Sequence record: PQ015379.1
Strand: one strand, 5' to 3'
Length of the DNA stretch: 64,000 bases
Shown here: one piece after another, positions 1-8,175 of the stretch
How positions within the stretch are numbered: the stretch's first letter is position 1
How the letters are laid out: every line of letters starts with the position of its first letter
The notes under the pieces: generated by a model
Told to the model about the DNA's origin: nothing
Databases searched by the model: none
What the model saw: only the letters and a program-made list of their open reading frames with translations
Translations under genes and position numbers: made by a program

Positions 1-243
1 ATGAAAAATGATTTGTTCAGCGCCATTCTGAGCGGCGAACTTGACCGCATGCCCCCGACTACCCGCCAACGCATGATGGGTGATACAGGCAACCGGTTTC
101 TGACGCCGGGCCAGCCGCATTCTGGCTACCTGAGTAGCGCACCTAATCCGATCTGGCCTAGCGAAATCGCAGCAGCCAAGAAAAAGAAAGCCCTGCGCAA
201 AACCAAAAAGAAAATGCGCCAGCAGTCGAGGAAGAAAAAGTGA
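1..243 (+). CDS. small protein with Lys/Arg-rich C-terminal tail (start at window edge, may be partial)
   Basis: 80-aa ORF ending KKMRQQSRKKK, identical to the end of ORF 1719..1958; GTGA overlap with next gene. Confidence 0.7.
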   Translation: MKNDLFSAILSGELDRMPPTTRQRMMGDTGNRFLTPGQPHSGYLSSAPNPIWPSEIAAAKKKKALRKTKKKMRQQSRKKK

Positions 244-479
244 AAGGCCAAATGATCTGCGAAATGAAAGACGCGAACGGCGTTCACCGGCAAGCGGTGC
301 ACCTGATGCAAGGTACGGCTGCAATCGGGCGCGCTGTGGGCAAACTGCTGCATCCGCAAGGTTATCCACATCCGGGGCGCGTCACTACCAGCGGTCGCGG
401 TGAACCGGGGGCCGCAAAAGCGCGTGCGAAACGCAAGGTCAAAAACAAGGCCGCACGCAAAGCAAGGAAGAACCGCTAA
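240..479 (+). CDS. small protein with basic C-terminal tail
   Basis: 79-aa ORF, GTG start overlapping previous stop, ends AKARAKRKVKNKAARKARKNR. Confidence 0.7.
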   Translation: MKGQMICEMKDANGVHRQAVHLMQGTAAIGRAVGKLLHPQGYPHPGRVTTSGRGEPGAAKARAKRKVKNKAARKARKNR

Positions 480-1063
480 TGCACTACCAAGTTCACCAAG
501 GCTCTGATCTGCCGAAGCTGGCGCAAAAGCTGCTGGACCAAAAAGTTTTCGAGGAAAGCGGCGAACTGCAAACGGTGTGGGAACGCGTGGCGAAAACCGG
601 GCGCAACGTTGGGCGTAAAGTGCTGATCGTTACGGCGCGCAGCCTCGACAAAAACCCGGAGTCCCCAAACAACCCAATGTGGCGCATTCATGGGGCGCTG
701 TTGTACGAAATCAACCGTAGCCATATGCAGGTATACGTTCGCCCCGAGAAACGCCGTCAAGGGGTCGCTGCGGGCCTCCTATCACGCCTGCGGGACTTCG
801 AGAACTACGACTCCCGCGTGATCAGCGCCGAAGCCGGTTATCCGGGGTCGCTGGAGTTCTTCAAAAAGCATCTGGTTTACGTGCCGGATCATTCGTTTAC
901 GCAAGACGAACTTTTGCAGGTCAACGGCGAAATGTACCGGGCCGGGAAATTGCCCAAGGTGCCGCAACCGTATTATGTGGACGCAGTGCAGGAAATCATC
1001 AAGCGGCGCAAGCGTGCGTTTTTGCAATTGGTACTGAAGGCCAAAAGGGAAGGGAAAATATGA
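479..1063 (+). CDS. GNAT-family N-acetyltransferase
   Basis: acetyl-CoA-binding motif A: VYVRPEKRRQGVAAGLL; TAATG coupling to upstream gene. Confidence 0.75.
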   Translation: MHYQVHQGSDLPKLAQKLLDQKVFEESGELQTVWERVAKTGRNVGRKVLIVTARSLDKNPESPNNPMWRIHGALLYEINRSHMQVYVRPEKRRQGVAAGLLSRLRDFENYDSRVISAEAGYPGSLEFFKKHLVYVPDHSFTQDELLQVNGEMYRAGKLPKVPQPYYVDAVQEIIKRRKRAFLQLVLKAKREGKI

Positions 1064-1722
1064 AAGGCCAGAAACAAGGGGACACGACACTCGAATTCTA
1101 CCAAGCGCTCTACCAGTTCTTCGGGGAGAATGCAGGCAAACCGATTCCTCGTTCGCGTGAATTCAGCTGCCCGGAAATGACGGTCTACGTTCGCGCCACG
1201 CCGCGCCTCAATCATGAAACCCGTAAATTCGAAAGGGCGATGGTAATTGCACGTGTCGATGTGCAGCCTGCGCTTCGCGGCAAAAAGTATTTCCGCGATT
1301 TCATGAACCACATGGCGGCGCAGGCCTACGCCCACGACTACCAAGCAATTTACGTCGATCAGGTGCACTCCGAAGTGTTGCTGGAATGCCTGCCGCGTTA
1401 CGGGTTCATTCGTCAAACCGGCACCGATCCATGCGAGCACAATTTCCGGAAATCTGTGCACATCGACCTAACGCCAGAAGTTCCAGAAACCCCGGCACCC
1501 GAACAGGTCGAAGAACACCTGTACATGATTCGCGAAAACCGCACGATGCAATATGTGGCATACGTCGCGAAGCATGAAATCGGTGTGACGCCTGAAGGCC
1601 GCAAAGCCATGCACTTCCGCTCCGAAGAAATCGCGAATCATCAGGCGTTGGTTCTGACCCGTCAATCGGTCGAACACAACGTTTACCAAGTGATCATTTC
1701 GCAAACGGCGGCCCTGCCATGA
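1060..1722 (+). CDS. GNAT-fold protein with extra C-terminal domain
   Basis: VDVQPALRGKKYFRDFM...IYVDQV...LPRYGF matches GNAT motifs A/B. Confidence 0.65.
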   Translation: MKGQKQGDTTLEFYQALYQFFGENAGKPIPRSREFSCPEMTVYVRATPRLNHETRKFERAMVIARVDVQPALRGKKYFRDFMNHMAAQAYAHDYQAIYVDQVHSEVLLECLPRYGFIRQTGTDPCEHNFRKSVHIDLTPEVPETPAPEQVEEHLYMIRENRTMQYVAYVAKHEIGVTPEGRKAMHFRSEEIANHQALVLTRQSVEHNVYQVIISQTAALP

Positions 1723-1958
1723 CTGGGCCTGTTTTGATCGGTACAGGCTCGCACAGCGCGGCACTGGCGCGTGCATTGGTTCAGGCCATGGTGACACAAC
1801 CGCAAACGGTTGAACGTGTGCCGCACTGGGAATACCAAAGCTACACGGCACGTCACAAACCGACGCGCAATCAATGGGGCTGCCCCGGTGCGCGCAAGAT
1901 GCGTGAGAAGCGCAAAGTCAGAAAGAAAATGCGTCAACAATCAAGGAAAAAGAAATGA
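1719..1958 (+). CDS. small protein with Lys/Arg-rich C-terminal tail
   Basis: 79-aa ORF ending KKMRQQSRKKK; ATGA overlaps on both sides. Confidence 0.75.
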   Translation: MTGPVLIGTGSHSAALARALVQAMVTQPQTVERVPHWEYQSYTARHKPTRNQWGCPGARKMREKRKVRKKMRQQSRKKK

Positions 1959-2695
1959 TCAGCATTGCACGTGAAGTTGGTCCCGTTTCGTTCCCGGCGT
2001 TTTTGGGCGAACGCGTTTACATGCACGAATTCCGCATGGAACAGGGTCTGCCGGAAAACCTGCGGCGTTGGCAAGAAACCGTGGATCAAATGTTGGTCGG
2101 CGTCGATACTGACGGGCCGATTTATTTGATGATCGATCAGAAGGCAGTAAAAGCCAATGTGACACACCGTCGCCCCGGTCTGCATGTCGATGGTTATTGG
2201 CACCCGATGATTCAGGCACACGGCGGTGGCGGCCACGGTGCGCAGCCTGCGCCTAGTCGTCACGATGGCGGTTCCCATATCAGCAAATCCGCACACGGTG
2301 GTGGCCAACCTTCCCGGCCTTATCACGGCCCTAGCAATCCAGCACCACGCCACGCATCAATTGGTGGCCACCAAGGGCACCGTAGCGCCTACCTGAAAGG
2401 CCGTTGGGATACCCCGACCCCAAGCTGGTATTTCGATATCAACGACGTTCCCGAATCGATCATTCTGGCGACCGATATTTGCGCGAGCCGGGGCCTGATC
2501 GGGGAATTCGACGGGCCGATTTCGATTGGCGGTGACGTAACGCATTTGGACCTGAGCCACATGCAAGAAATCATCATGCAGCCGCATCGTGTTTATCAGG
2601 GCAATGTTTCGTTCATTCACGAATCGTTGCCTGTCGCTTTCGATTGCCAGCGCACGCTGGTTCGTCTCAACGTTCCGGGCCATGTGGTGCACTAA
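1955..2695 (+). CDS. 2OG-Fe(II) oxygenase-like protein with His/Gly-rich insert
   Basis: HxD motif (HRRPGLHVDG), distal His (FIHES), terminal Arg strand (RTLVRL). Confidence 0.6.
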   Translation: MISIAREVGPVSFPAFLGERVYMHEFRMEQGLPENLRRWQETVDQMLVGVDTDGPIYLMIDQKAVKANVTHRRPGLHVDGYWHPMIQAHGGGGHGAQPAPSRHDGGSHISKSAHGGGQPSRPYHGPSNPAPRHASIGGHQGHRSAYLKGRWDTPTPSWYFDINDVPESIILATDICASRGLIGEFDGPISIGGDVTHLDLSHMQEIIMQPHRVYQGNVSFIHESLPVAFDCQRTLVRLNVPGHVVH

Positions 2696-2935
2696 ATGAA
2701 AAAGGTCGAACCACATTTTGTCGTGATGGTCATGCACATGGATCAAAACGAAAATCTGATCAACGAAGAAATCGGCTGCACTCTCGAAGCACAAGACGCA
2801 GCAGGTAAAGATTTGCTCGACCCACTGCCTGATGTTCTGCGCCGTGCCGCTGATGTGCTCGAAGAGCGGTTGGCTAACGGCGAATTGAGCGCCCGTCGTA
2901 TCATCGGCGTTTCTGCCGTAATGCGCGTCGAATAA
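2696..2935 (+). CDS. hypothetical protein
   Basis: 79-aa ORF abutting upstream stop, typical codon usage. Confidence 0.65.
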   Translation: MKKVEPHFVVMVMHMDQNENLINEEIGCTLEAQDAAGKDLLDPLPDVLRRAADVLEERLANGELSARRIIGVSAVMRVE

Positions 2936-2960
2936 CTGGAAATTGGAAAAGGATTTCACC

Positions 2961-3371
2961 ATGCTGTTTTCGAAGATTCACGCCGATCTGAAACGTGCCC
3001 TGCCACACCATCACGTACGCCGGGTGCGCGGCGACGGCATTATGACCTTCACGTTTGAACCGCGTGAAGGTTCCCGCCCAATCTACTACAGCGCTACGGA
3101 ATATCGCGGTTCCGTAGTTTTGCGTAATTTGAATACAGGAATCGCGAAAAGTTACCGCACACAAGATAAGGAGAATTTGCTGTGCATGCTTCGTACGGTC
3201 CAGCAAAGGCAACTGAAAAACAAGTCCAATGGTTCTGGCCATGGCAGCGTAAATACCGTTCGCAATTTCTTCAGCTGGCACGAATTGTTTACCACAATGG
3301 TCGGCCCCGTGAAGCAAGTTATGCGAGCTACCGGGTGGGTCGCAGCGAGTTCCGTCACGAAATATACGTGA
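2961..3371 (+). CDS. hypothetical protein
   Basis: ATG 2961 with AAGGA SD inside ORF 2943..3371. Confidence 0.65.
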   Translation: MLFSKIHADLKRALPHHHVRRVRGDGIMTFTFEPREGSRPIYYSATEYRGSVVLRNLNTGIAKSYRTQDKENLLCMLRTVQQRQLKNKSNGSGHGSVNTVRNFFSWHELFTTMVGPVKQVMRATGWVAASSVTKYT

Positions 3372-3646
3372 GCGACGACCTGAAAAATATCCGCGTCTGC
3401 GAATTCGTTCTGGCCGGTGAGCGCCAGTTCGCAGTCGAACAGTACCAACACGGCATCGTGCACAGTCGCCAAGTTTTTTACGATTTGCACGATGCAGAAA
3501 CTTTCCTCAACGTGGAGTTGATTCGCCGTGATAACGATACACCTATATCTCCCCGGATCGCCAAACGATCTGGATCACGGGGCCTACGCACTTTCGGATG
3601 GCGAGGCAATTTCTTTGCCTGCTCGCTACTACGCTCCCGAGGCTGA
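3182..3646 (+). CDS. hypothetical protein, start uncertain (GTG 3182 or GTG 3368)
   Basis: AAGGAG 8 nt before GTG 3182; coding-like codons from 3368; overlaps both neighbours. Confidence 0.45.
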   Translation: MHASYGPAKATEKQVQWFWPWQRKYRSQFLQLARIVYHNGRPREASYASYRVGRSEFRHEIYVSDDLKNIRVCEFVLAGERQFAVEQYQHGIVHSRQVFYDLHDAETFLNVELIRRDNDTPISPRIAKRSGSRGLRTFGWRGNFFACSLLRSRG

Positions 3647-3998
3647 CGTAACGCTGCATTTGGCGAACGAAATCGCGTTTGATGCGTTTCGTTTGGCGGT
3701 GGCGCAGGGGCACATCGAGCCTACGAACATTCGTTGGCGCGTGCACAGCGCTACCGAAATTTTCCGGGGCACGATCAATCGTTTTGGCGTCCCCTGCAAC
3801 GAAGACGGCAAGCAGTGGCAGCCGTGGAAAAGTCCGGGCGATCATCAGGTCGAAGAAATCATGATGGCCGCCTACCACAAGAAAAAACGTGAGCGCCAAG
3901 ACCAACCAAACGGCCTGCTGCGGCTGCTGTCTTTCGGGCGCGACAAAAACTGTAAATCTAATGGAGAATCCGAAGATGGAAGTTCACCCGTTAATTGA
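3528..3998 (+). CDS. hypothetical protein
   Basis: 156-aa ORF, GGAG upstream of GTG. Confidence 0.65.
   Translation: MITIHLYLPGSPNDLDHGAYALSDGEAISLPARYYAPEADVTLHLANEIAFDAFRLAVAQGHIEPTNIRWRVHSATEIFRGTINRFGVPCNEDGKQWQPWKSPGDHQVEEIMMAAYHKKKRERQDQPNGLLRLLSFGRDKNCKSNGESEDGSSPVN
3949..3957 (+). promoter_or_regulatory. ACTGTAAA(Y) repeated motif, candidate phage promoter element
   Basis: ACTGTAAAT, ~20 nt before ATG 3976; one of 11 copies. Confidence 0.45.
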
Positions 3999-4293
3999 CC
4001 GGCTTGTTCGCCTCGGCGTCGAAGTTAGCGTGTCGTGGGAACCCTTCTACGAACGCTTTGTGTTCGACCTGCAAACAAGGGCCAAGGAAACCATGATCGC
4101 GTGGCAGGAACATCCGGGTTCCGGAAACGGCCTGACCATCGAAACGCGTTATGGCAACCGCCGAATTATCTACACGTTCCACGACCTCTGCACTGCGTAC
4201 GATACGTGCGTTTTGCCCGGTGGTAATCACAGCCATGAATGGGCGCAAGCACTGCGCGCCTGTGGCCACTGGGCGGCAGATTACGTTCCCTAA
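3976..4293 (+). CDS. hypothetical protein
   Basis: ATG 3976 with GGAG SD (alternative ATG 3961) within ORF 3889..4293. Confidence 0.65.
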   Translation: MEVHPLIDRLVRLGVEVSVSWEPFYERFVFDLQTRAKETMIAWQEHPGSGNGLTIETRYGNRRIIYTFHDLCTAYDTCVLPGGNHSHEWAQALRACGHWAADYVP

Positions 4294-4311
4294 ATTTCAA
4301 AAAGGTTTTTC

Positions 4312-5517
4312 ATGCACGTAAATCTCGATCACGCGGCGGGCACGTACCCAACCCGCCTAACAGTGGATTGGCAGGCAAGTGCCGCCGTTGATTTTGTGAT
4401 GTTCACAGTCAACGGCCTGATGCCTACGCTTTCCGAATACGTCGCGTACGATACGCTGAATCCACCAAACCCGTTTATTGCTGTCACGCAGGACGGGCGC
4501 GGTAACGTCGTGTATGACGGGGGCTTCCCGAAGTTCTACAACATCTACGCGCCAGCGGCGGGAACGCCATTCGCGCAGTTGCCGGGGGCCTTCAAATATC
4601 TTTATAACGCGCTGAATTTCGTTTCCAACAAAGCGAAGGTCAACGCCGGTAATCGCAACGTGCTCATTTTGGGCGATGCGATTGCAACCGAAAACTATCC
4701 GGTCAAAGGCACTAACACTAGCGGCTTCTACACGTCGTTCGTGAACCTGTTCGGGGTCGCCGGGTACAACCCAGTTTTCAAAGACCGTTCCGATTATGAG
4801 GGCGGCGTACTGAACCCAACGCTGGCCGAACTCGAAGGCTATTGCGCGGTGTTGCTCATGTCGTCGGATTATTCGACGCCAACCGGGCGTTTCACCAAAG
4901 CAGCCATTGCGGCCATGGTGGCGTATCGTGAGGCCGGTTCTGGTGTGATCATCATCACCGACCACGGCCCTAACATTCCAGACGTGAACCAAGCTGCAAA
5001 CGGCAACTACGGCGCGTTCTTCCGTACTGCTAACCAAGTGGCCACCGAATACGGCGCGTACTTCAGCGGACTTTATGACCGGTCGCCGGTCAACGTCGGT
5101 TTTATCCGAAATACCTACGGCGATCACTTGCTTTACGCCAACATGGCGAACAGTGAAGACATTCACGCGGGGGCATCCGAATCGCGAGTATTCGTCGCGG
5201 CCTATCCGCGCTATAAGCCGAACGAGTTGCCAGCTTTGGAACTCGACACGAACGGCTGTTACCTGATTCAAATTCTGACGCGACTGAAATCCGGTGCAAT
5301 CGAAATTCAGCGGCAAACAATCTGTATCGACAAAACCGGTGCAGGGCGCAACATGACGCGCAAGTTGTACGTGCGTGAAACCAGCACCTCGCCGTGGATC
5401 GTGAATTTCTCCAAAGGTGGCTGGTGTGTTTATCGGCAAACGCAGGGCATCATCATGACCCCGGCTAATACCAAAATGTGGTCGGCGAAACTGAAACAGT
5501 GGGTGGGAGTGAAATAA
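4312..5517 (+). CDS. putative virion-associated protein with class I glutamine-amidotransferase-like domain
   Basis: 401 aa, Gly/Asn/Thr/Tyr-rich; LEGYCAVLLMS...IAAMVAYREAGSGVIIITDHG resembles GATase1-like/DUF4350 segments. Confidence 0.5.
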   Translation: MHVNLDHAAGTYPTRLTVDWQASAAVDFVMFTVNGLMPTLSEYVAYDTLNPPNPFIAVTQDGRGNVVYDGGFPKFYNIYAPAAGTPFAQLPGAFKYLYNALNFVSNKAKVNAGNRNVLILGDAIATENYPVKGTNTSGFYTSFVNLFGVAGYNPVFKDRSDYEGGVLNPTLAELEGYCAVLLMSSDYSTPTGRFTKAAIAAMVAYREAGSGVIIITDHGPNIPDVNQAANGNYGAFFRTANQVATEYGAYFSGLYDRSPVNVGFIRNTYGDHLLYANMANSEDIHAGASESRVFVAAYPRYKPNELPALELDTNGCYLIQILTRLKSGAIEIQRQTICIDKTGAGRNMTRKLYVRETSTSPWIVNFSKGGWCVYRQTQGIIMTPANTKMWSAKLKQWVGVK

Positions 5518-5522
5518 AGGAA

Positions 5523-5789
5523 ATGCAGGAAAAAACTGGTCACGTGGGCGCAACGGTGGAATTCAGTTCCGCGCCCTCGGATAAATTGCTGGAAAAGCAC
5601 GTCGGCCTCAACACGTCGAGCGTAATGCTTGGGTTGCTGCTGATTTTTCTGTTCGCTTCGTTTGCCCATGAGTGGGCGAGCAAGCAGCGCAAAAGCCGTC
5701 TGCATCGGGCCGCGTACCGACTCATTATCGTGAGCGTGTCGCTGGCCTGTGCAGGTCTGCTTATCTACAACTACCAAGGAATGAAATAA
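5523..5789 (+). CDS. small membrane protein (2 TM)
   Basis: ATG 5523 after AAAGG; two hydrophobic stretches. Confidence 0.7.
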   Translation: MQEKTGHVGATVEFSSAPSDKLLEKHVGLNTSSVMLGLLLIFLFASFAHEWASKQRKSRLHRAAYRLIIVSVSLACAGLLIYNYQGMK

Positions 5790-5790
5790 G

Positions 5791-6555
5791 ATGGCTGGCA
5801 AGAAAACCGAAACGAAGAAAGGCAAAGAACCGAAGCAGAAAATTGCGCGCCGCGAGGTGAACAATTGCCGTATTTCCGATGGTGAAATTCTCAGTGCGCT
5901 GGCCTTCAACTTGACGCTGCCCAACATCAACGCAGGCGGCGCCGACATGCTGTCGGAAGTCATTTCGCACATGCAGCCATCGGTGAATCTGCGCGAAGTG
6001 ATCGAACCACATTTCGCTAAGCTTACCAGCAACCTCTCCGAATTCCGTACGCGTCACGCGGTACAGGATCTGGAAATCGAGGTGAGCCACTACGGTGAAT
6101 ACGACGAAAGCGGTCTGCAATTCCGTCTGTTCGCCCGCACCGATTCCAAAGCTATTCCGGATCGCCCAGCCATGACCGGCCAGCAGGCGAAACAGATTCT
6201 GGAAAATTGCTTTGGCGAATTCCACATCGACGTTCAAATGGACGGCGCGGTTCCGATTTTCAGCCAGAAAACTTCGCTGGGTTACACCGTGAAAAATCCG
6301 GCTGCGCTGTCGCCGCAAACCAACGCCATTCCCGAAGCGTTGCCGACCACTGATCCGGCGCAGCTGTACATCAACGTGGTGCATAACATCTGCGGCGTGA
6401 TTCAGGAAAACGAAAAACACATCGAAGTCATTCACGCCCGTGTTGACTACGACGAGAAAAATGCCACGGTCGAAGAGTTCAAGGCCCACGTGCGTTTTCG
6501 CAACGGCCCGGAAGAACCGGTCGTGAAGAAAAAGAAAGTTACCCGGAAGAAATGA
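5791..6555 (+). CDS. hypothetical protein with basic termini
   Basis: 254-aa ORF with strong codon bias. Confidence 0.75.
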   Translation: MAGKKTETKKGKEPKQKIARREVNNCRISDGEILSALAFNLTLPNINAGGADMLSEVISHMQPSVNLREVIEPHFAKLTSNLSEFRTRHAVQDLEIEVSHYGEYDESGLQFRLFARTDSKAIPDRPAMTGQQAKQILENCFGEFHIDVQMDGAVPIFSQKTSLGYTVKNPAALSPQTNAIPEALPTTDPAQLYINVVHNICGVIQENEKHIEVIHARVDYDEKNATVEEFKAHVRFRNGPEEPVVKKKKVTRKK

Positions 6556-6875
6556 TGATCAGACCAGACAGCTGTTGCGCTTTGTGCGGTGAAGGGCAGC
6601 CGACCATGGAAATCTGCGCCAATTCCAGCGAACTCGAAGACACTGGGGTCGTGGTGCCTATGCGCTACCAGAATTGCCCGGTGTGTGGCTCTGATTATGG
6701 CGGCGGCACCGAAATGTGCGTGAATGCTGACCGCATGGAAATCATGCGCCGCGTGCACCACGTTTCGGGCACCGAATTTCTGGTCGAGTGCGAAGACTGT
6801 AAAACATTCAGTAGCCCCGGCCTGCTCAAAGAACACGGCTGTCTGGTTTGCAAGGAACTCAAGGAAAATAAGTGA
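6552..6875 (+). CDS. MqsA/YgiT-type zinc-ribbon protein
   Basis: CALCGEG...YQNCPVCG with spacing like the MqsA N-terminal domain; second CxxC..CxxC pair; no HTH. Confidence 0.55.
   Translation: MMIRPDSCCALCGEGQPTMEICANSSELEDTGVVVPMRYQNCPVCGSDYGGGTEMCVNADRMEIMRRVHHVSGTEFLVECEDCKTFSSPGLLKEHGCLVCKELKENK
6796..6803 (+). promoter_or_regulatory. ACTGTAAA motif copy
   Basis: within CDS, ~70 nt upstream of gene 6872. Confidence 0.3.
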
Positions 6876-7465
6876 TGGAAAAGTCGAAAGTCAAAAGCCC
6901 GTTCGCGCACCTGTCGGTGGAGCACCGCACGCGCATCGGTTATGTGCTGTATACCGATTCGTACGACAAGAAATTCAAGTACGCGAACGACCTGTTGAGC
7001 GGTCTGGTCGATCTGGAAGTTCGCATGGCGTTCTTCCATTCGATCAACGAACGTTACGTCGATCTGAATTCGCTGGACGACGCCGGTTTTATCTTCGGTG
7101 AATTCGCAACTTCTTTGCTCGACGAAGCGAAGGATTGGGCGATGGAAGCCGTCAAGAAACGCGTTGACCAAATCATGCCGTTCCTTGATCAGGCCACCAT
7201 GGAACAAATGCTGCAACTGATGCGCGTCCCGAATAAACCCACGGTGCTGGGTATGCAGGACTGGCGCGAAAGCCTGCGAGCCGATCAGAAACGTGCGGAA
7301 CGCAAAGCGCTGGAACAGCGCCAGCAGTTCAACAGCCAGCACGCCCCGGCCCCCGAAGGTACAGTGAAAGAACTGGCTGCGCGTTACGGCAAATCCATCG
7401 GTGAAATCCGCAAGTTGAAAGCCGAGGGTTTGCTGCACACGCTGGCTCAAGCTGAGGGCGCGTAA
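6872..7465 (+). CDS. hypothetical protein with C-terminal HTH-like segment
   Basis: TVKELAARYGKSIGEIRKLKAEG resembles MerR/Xis-type HTH. Confidence 0.7.
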   Translation: MMEKSKVKSPFAHLSVEHRTRIGYVLYTDSYDKKFKYANDLLSGLVDLEVRMAFFHSINERYVDLNSLDDAGFIFGEFATSLLDEAKDWAMEAVKKRVDQIMPFLDQATMEQMLQLMRVPNKPTVLGMQDWRESLRADQKRAERKALEQRQQFNSQHAPAPEGTVKELAARYGKSIGEIRKLKAEGLLHTLAQAEGA

Positions 7466-7466
7466 C

Positions 7467-7862
7467 ATGGCACACTTCACAGGTATTTCGTACGGCCCTG
7501 AAATCTCGTTGCAGCAGCTGGCGCAGGTGCAGGCTGCCCGTAACAGCTATCGCAATGCAAACGAAATGCTACGCGACCACGAACACGTTGCACGGGTCGG
7601 CCAGTGGGTCTACAACGAACAGAAAGAAAAGGCGCTGAAGATTTTGCAGCCTTATCTGGATCGCGCTGGTGCCAACGGCCCACAAAACAACGTGTGCATT
7701 TGCTTCCACGGGATCGCCAACAACAGTTCCAGCCCGAGCCGGGATTTGATGGCGCACGTGCCACCGATCTTTTTGGTGCCTGCAATGCTGCCGCGCCTTT
7801 ACGATATCGTGGCCGTACACTGTGAACCCGGCGAGTTCGTGCACAGCATCGAATTTCTGTAA
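7467..7862 (+). CDS. hypothetical protein
   Basis: 131-aa ORF in operon spacing. Confidence 0.7.
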   Translation: MAHFTGISYGPEISLQQLAQVQAARNSYRNANEMLRDHEHVARVGQWVYNEQKEKALKILQPYLDRAGANGPQNNVCICFHGIANNSSSPSRDLMAHVPPIFLVPAMLPRLYDIVAVHCEPGEFVHSIEFL

Positions 7863-7872
7863 AGGATCGATC

Positions 7873-8175
7873 ATGAGCAAACCTGTGAAAGGAAAAGGTT
7901 CGCGCCCGCAAATGTCTGGCGACAATCACTACGCGGCGAAGAACGAAAGCGAACTGCGAAAAATCAACGATGCTTTCTGTCGCAAGGCCAATGGGCTGCA
8001 CCGGCTGGAAGTGGCGTTGTTCAAATGGCTGGGCAAAGACGGGGCCGACCCGGTTATTCGTGCTGCAATCAATCAGGCACGCGAAGCCCAGCAAGATACC
8101 GATTTTCAACCGTTGTGGGATTTGTTGGATGAACGCGCCCGAAACGCTGACACCTGTGCCGAAGAGCACTATTGA
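7873..8175 (+). CDS. hypothetical protein
   Basis: ATG 7873 after AAAGGA. Confidence 0.7.
   Translation: MSKPVKGKGSRPQMSGDNHYAAKNESELRKINDAFCRKANGLHRLEVALFKWLGKDGADPVIRAAINQAREAQQDTDFQPLWDLLDERARNADTCAEEHY

Noticed and set aside
3168-3371. Programmed frameshift joining 2961..3371 to 3182..3646
   Set aside because: No clear slippery heptamer with a downstream structure; independent starts (SD+GTG 3182 or GTGA 3368) explain the overlap.
5341-5517. Internal start (ATG ~5352) suggesting a fused small gene at the end of 4312..5517
   Set aside because: The SD is weak and there is no intervening stop, so it cannot be supported without homolog comparison.
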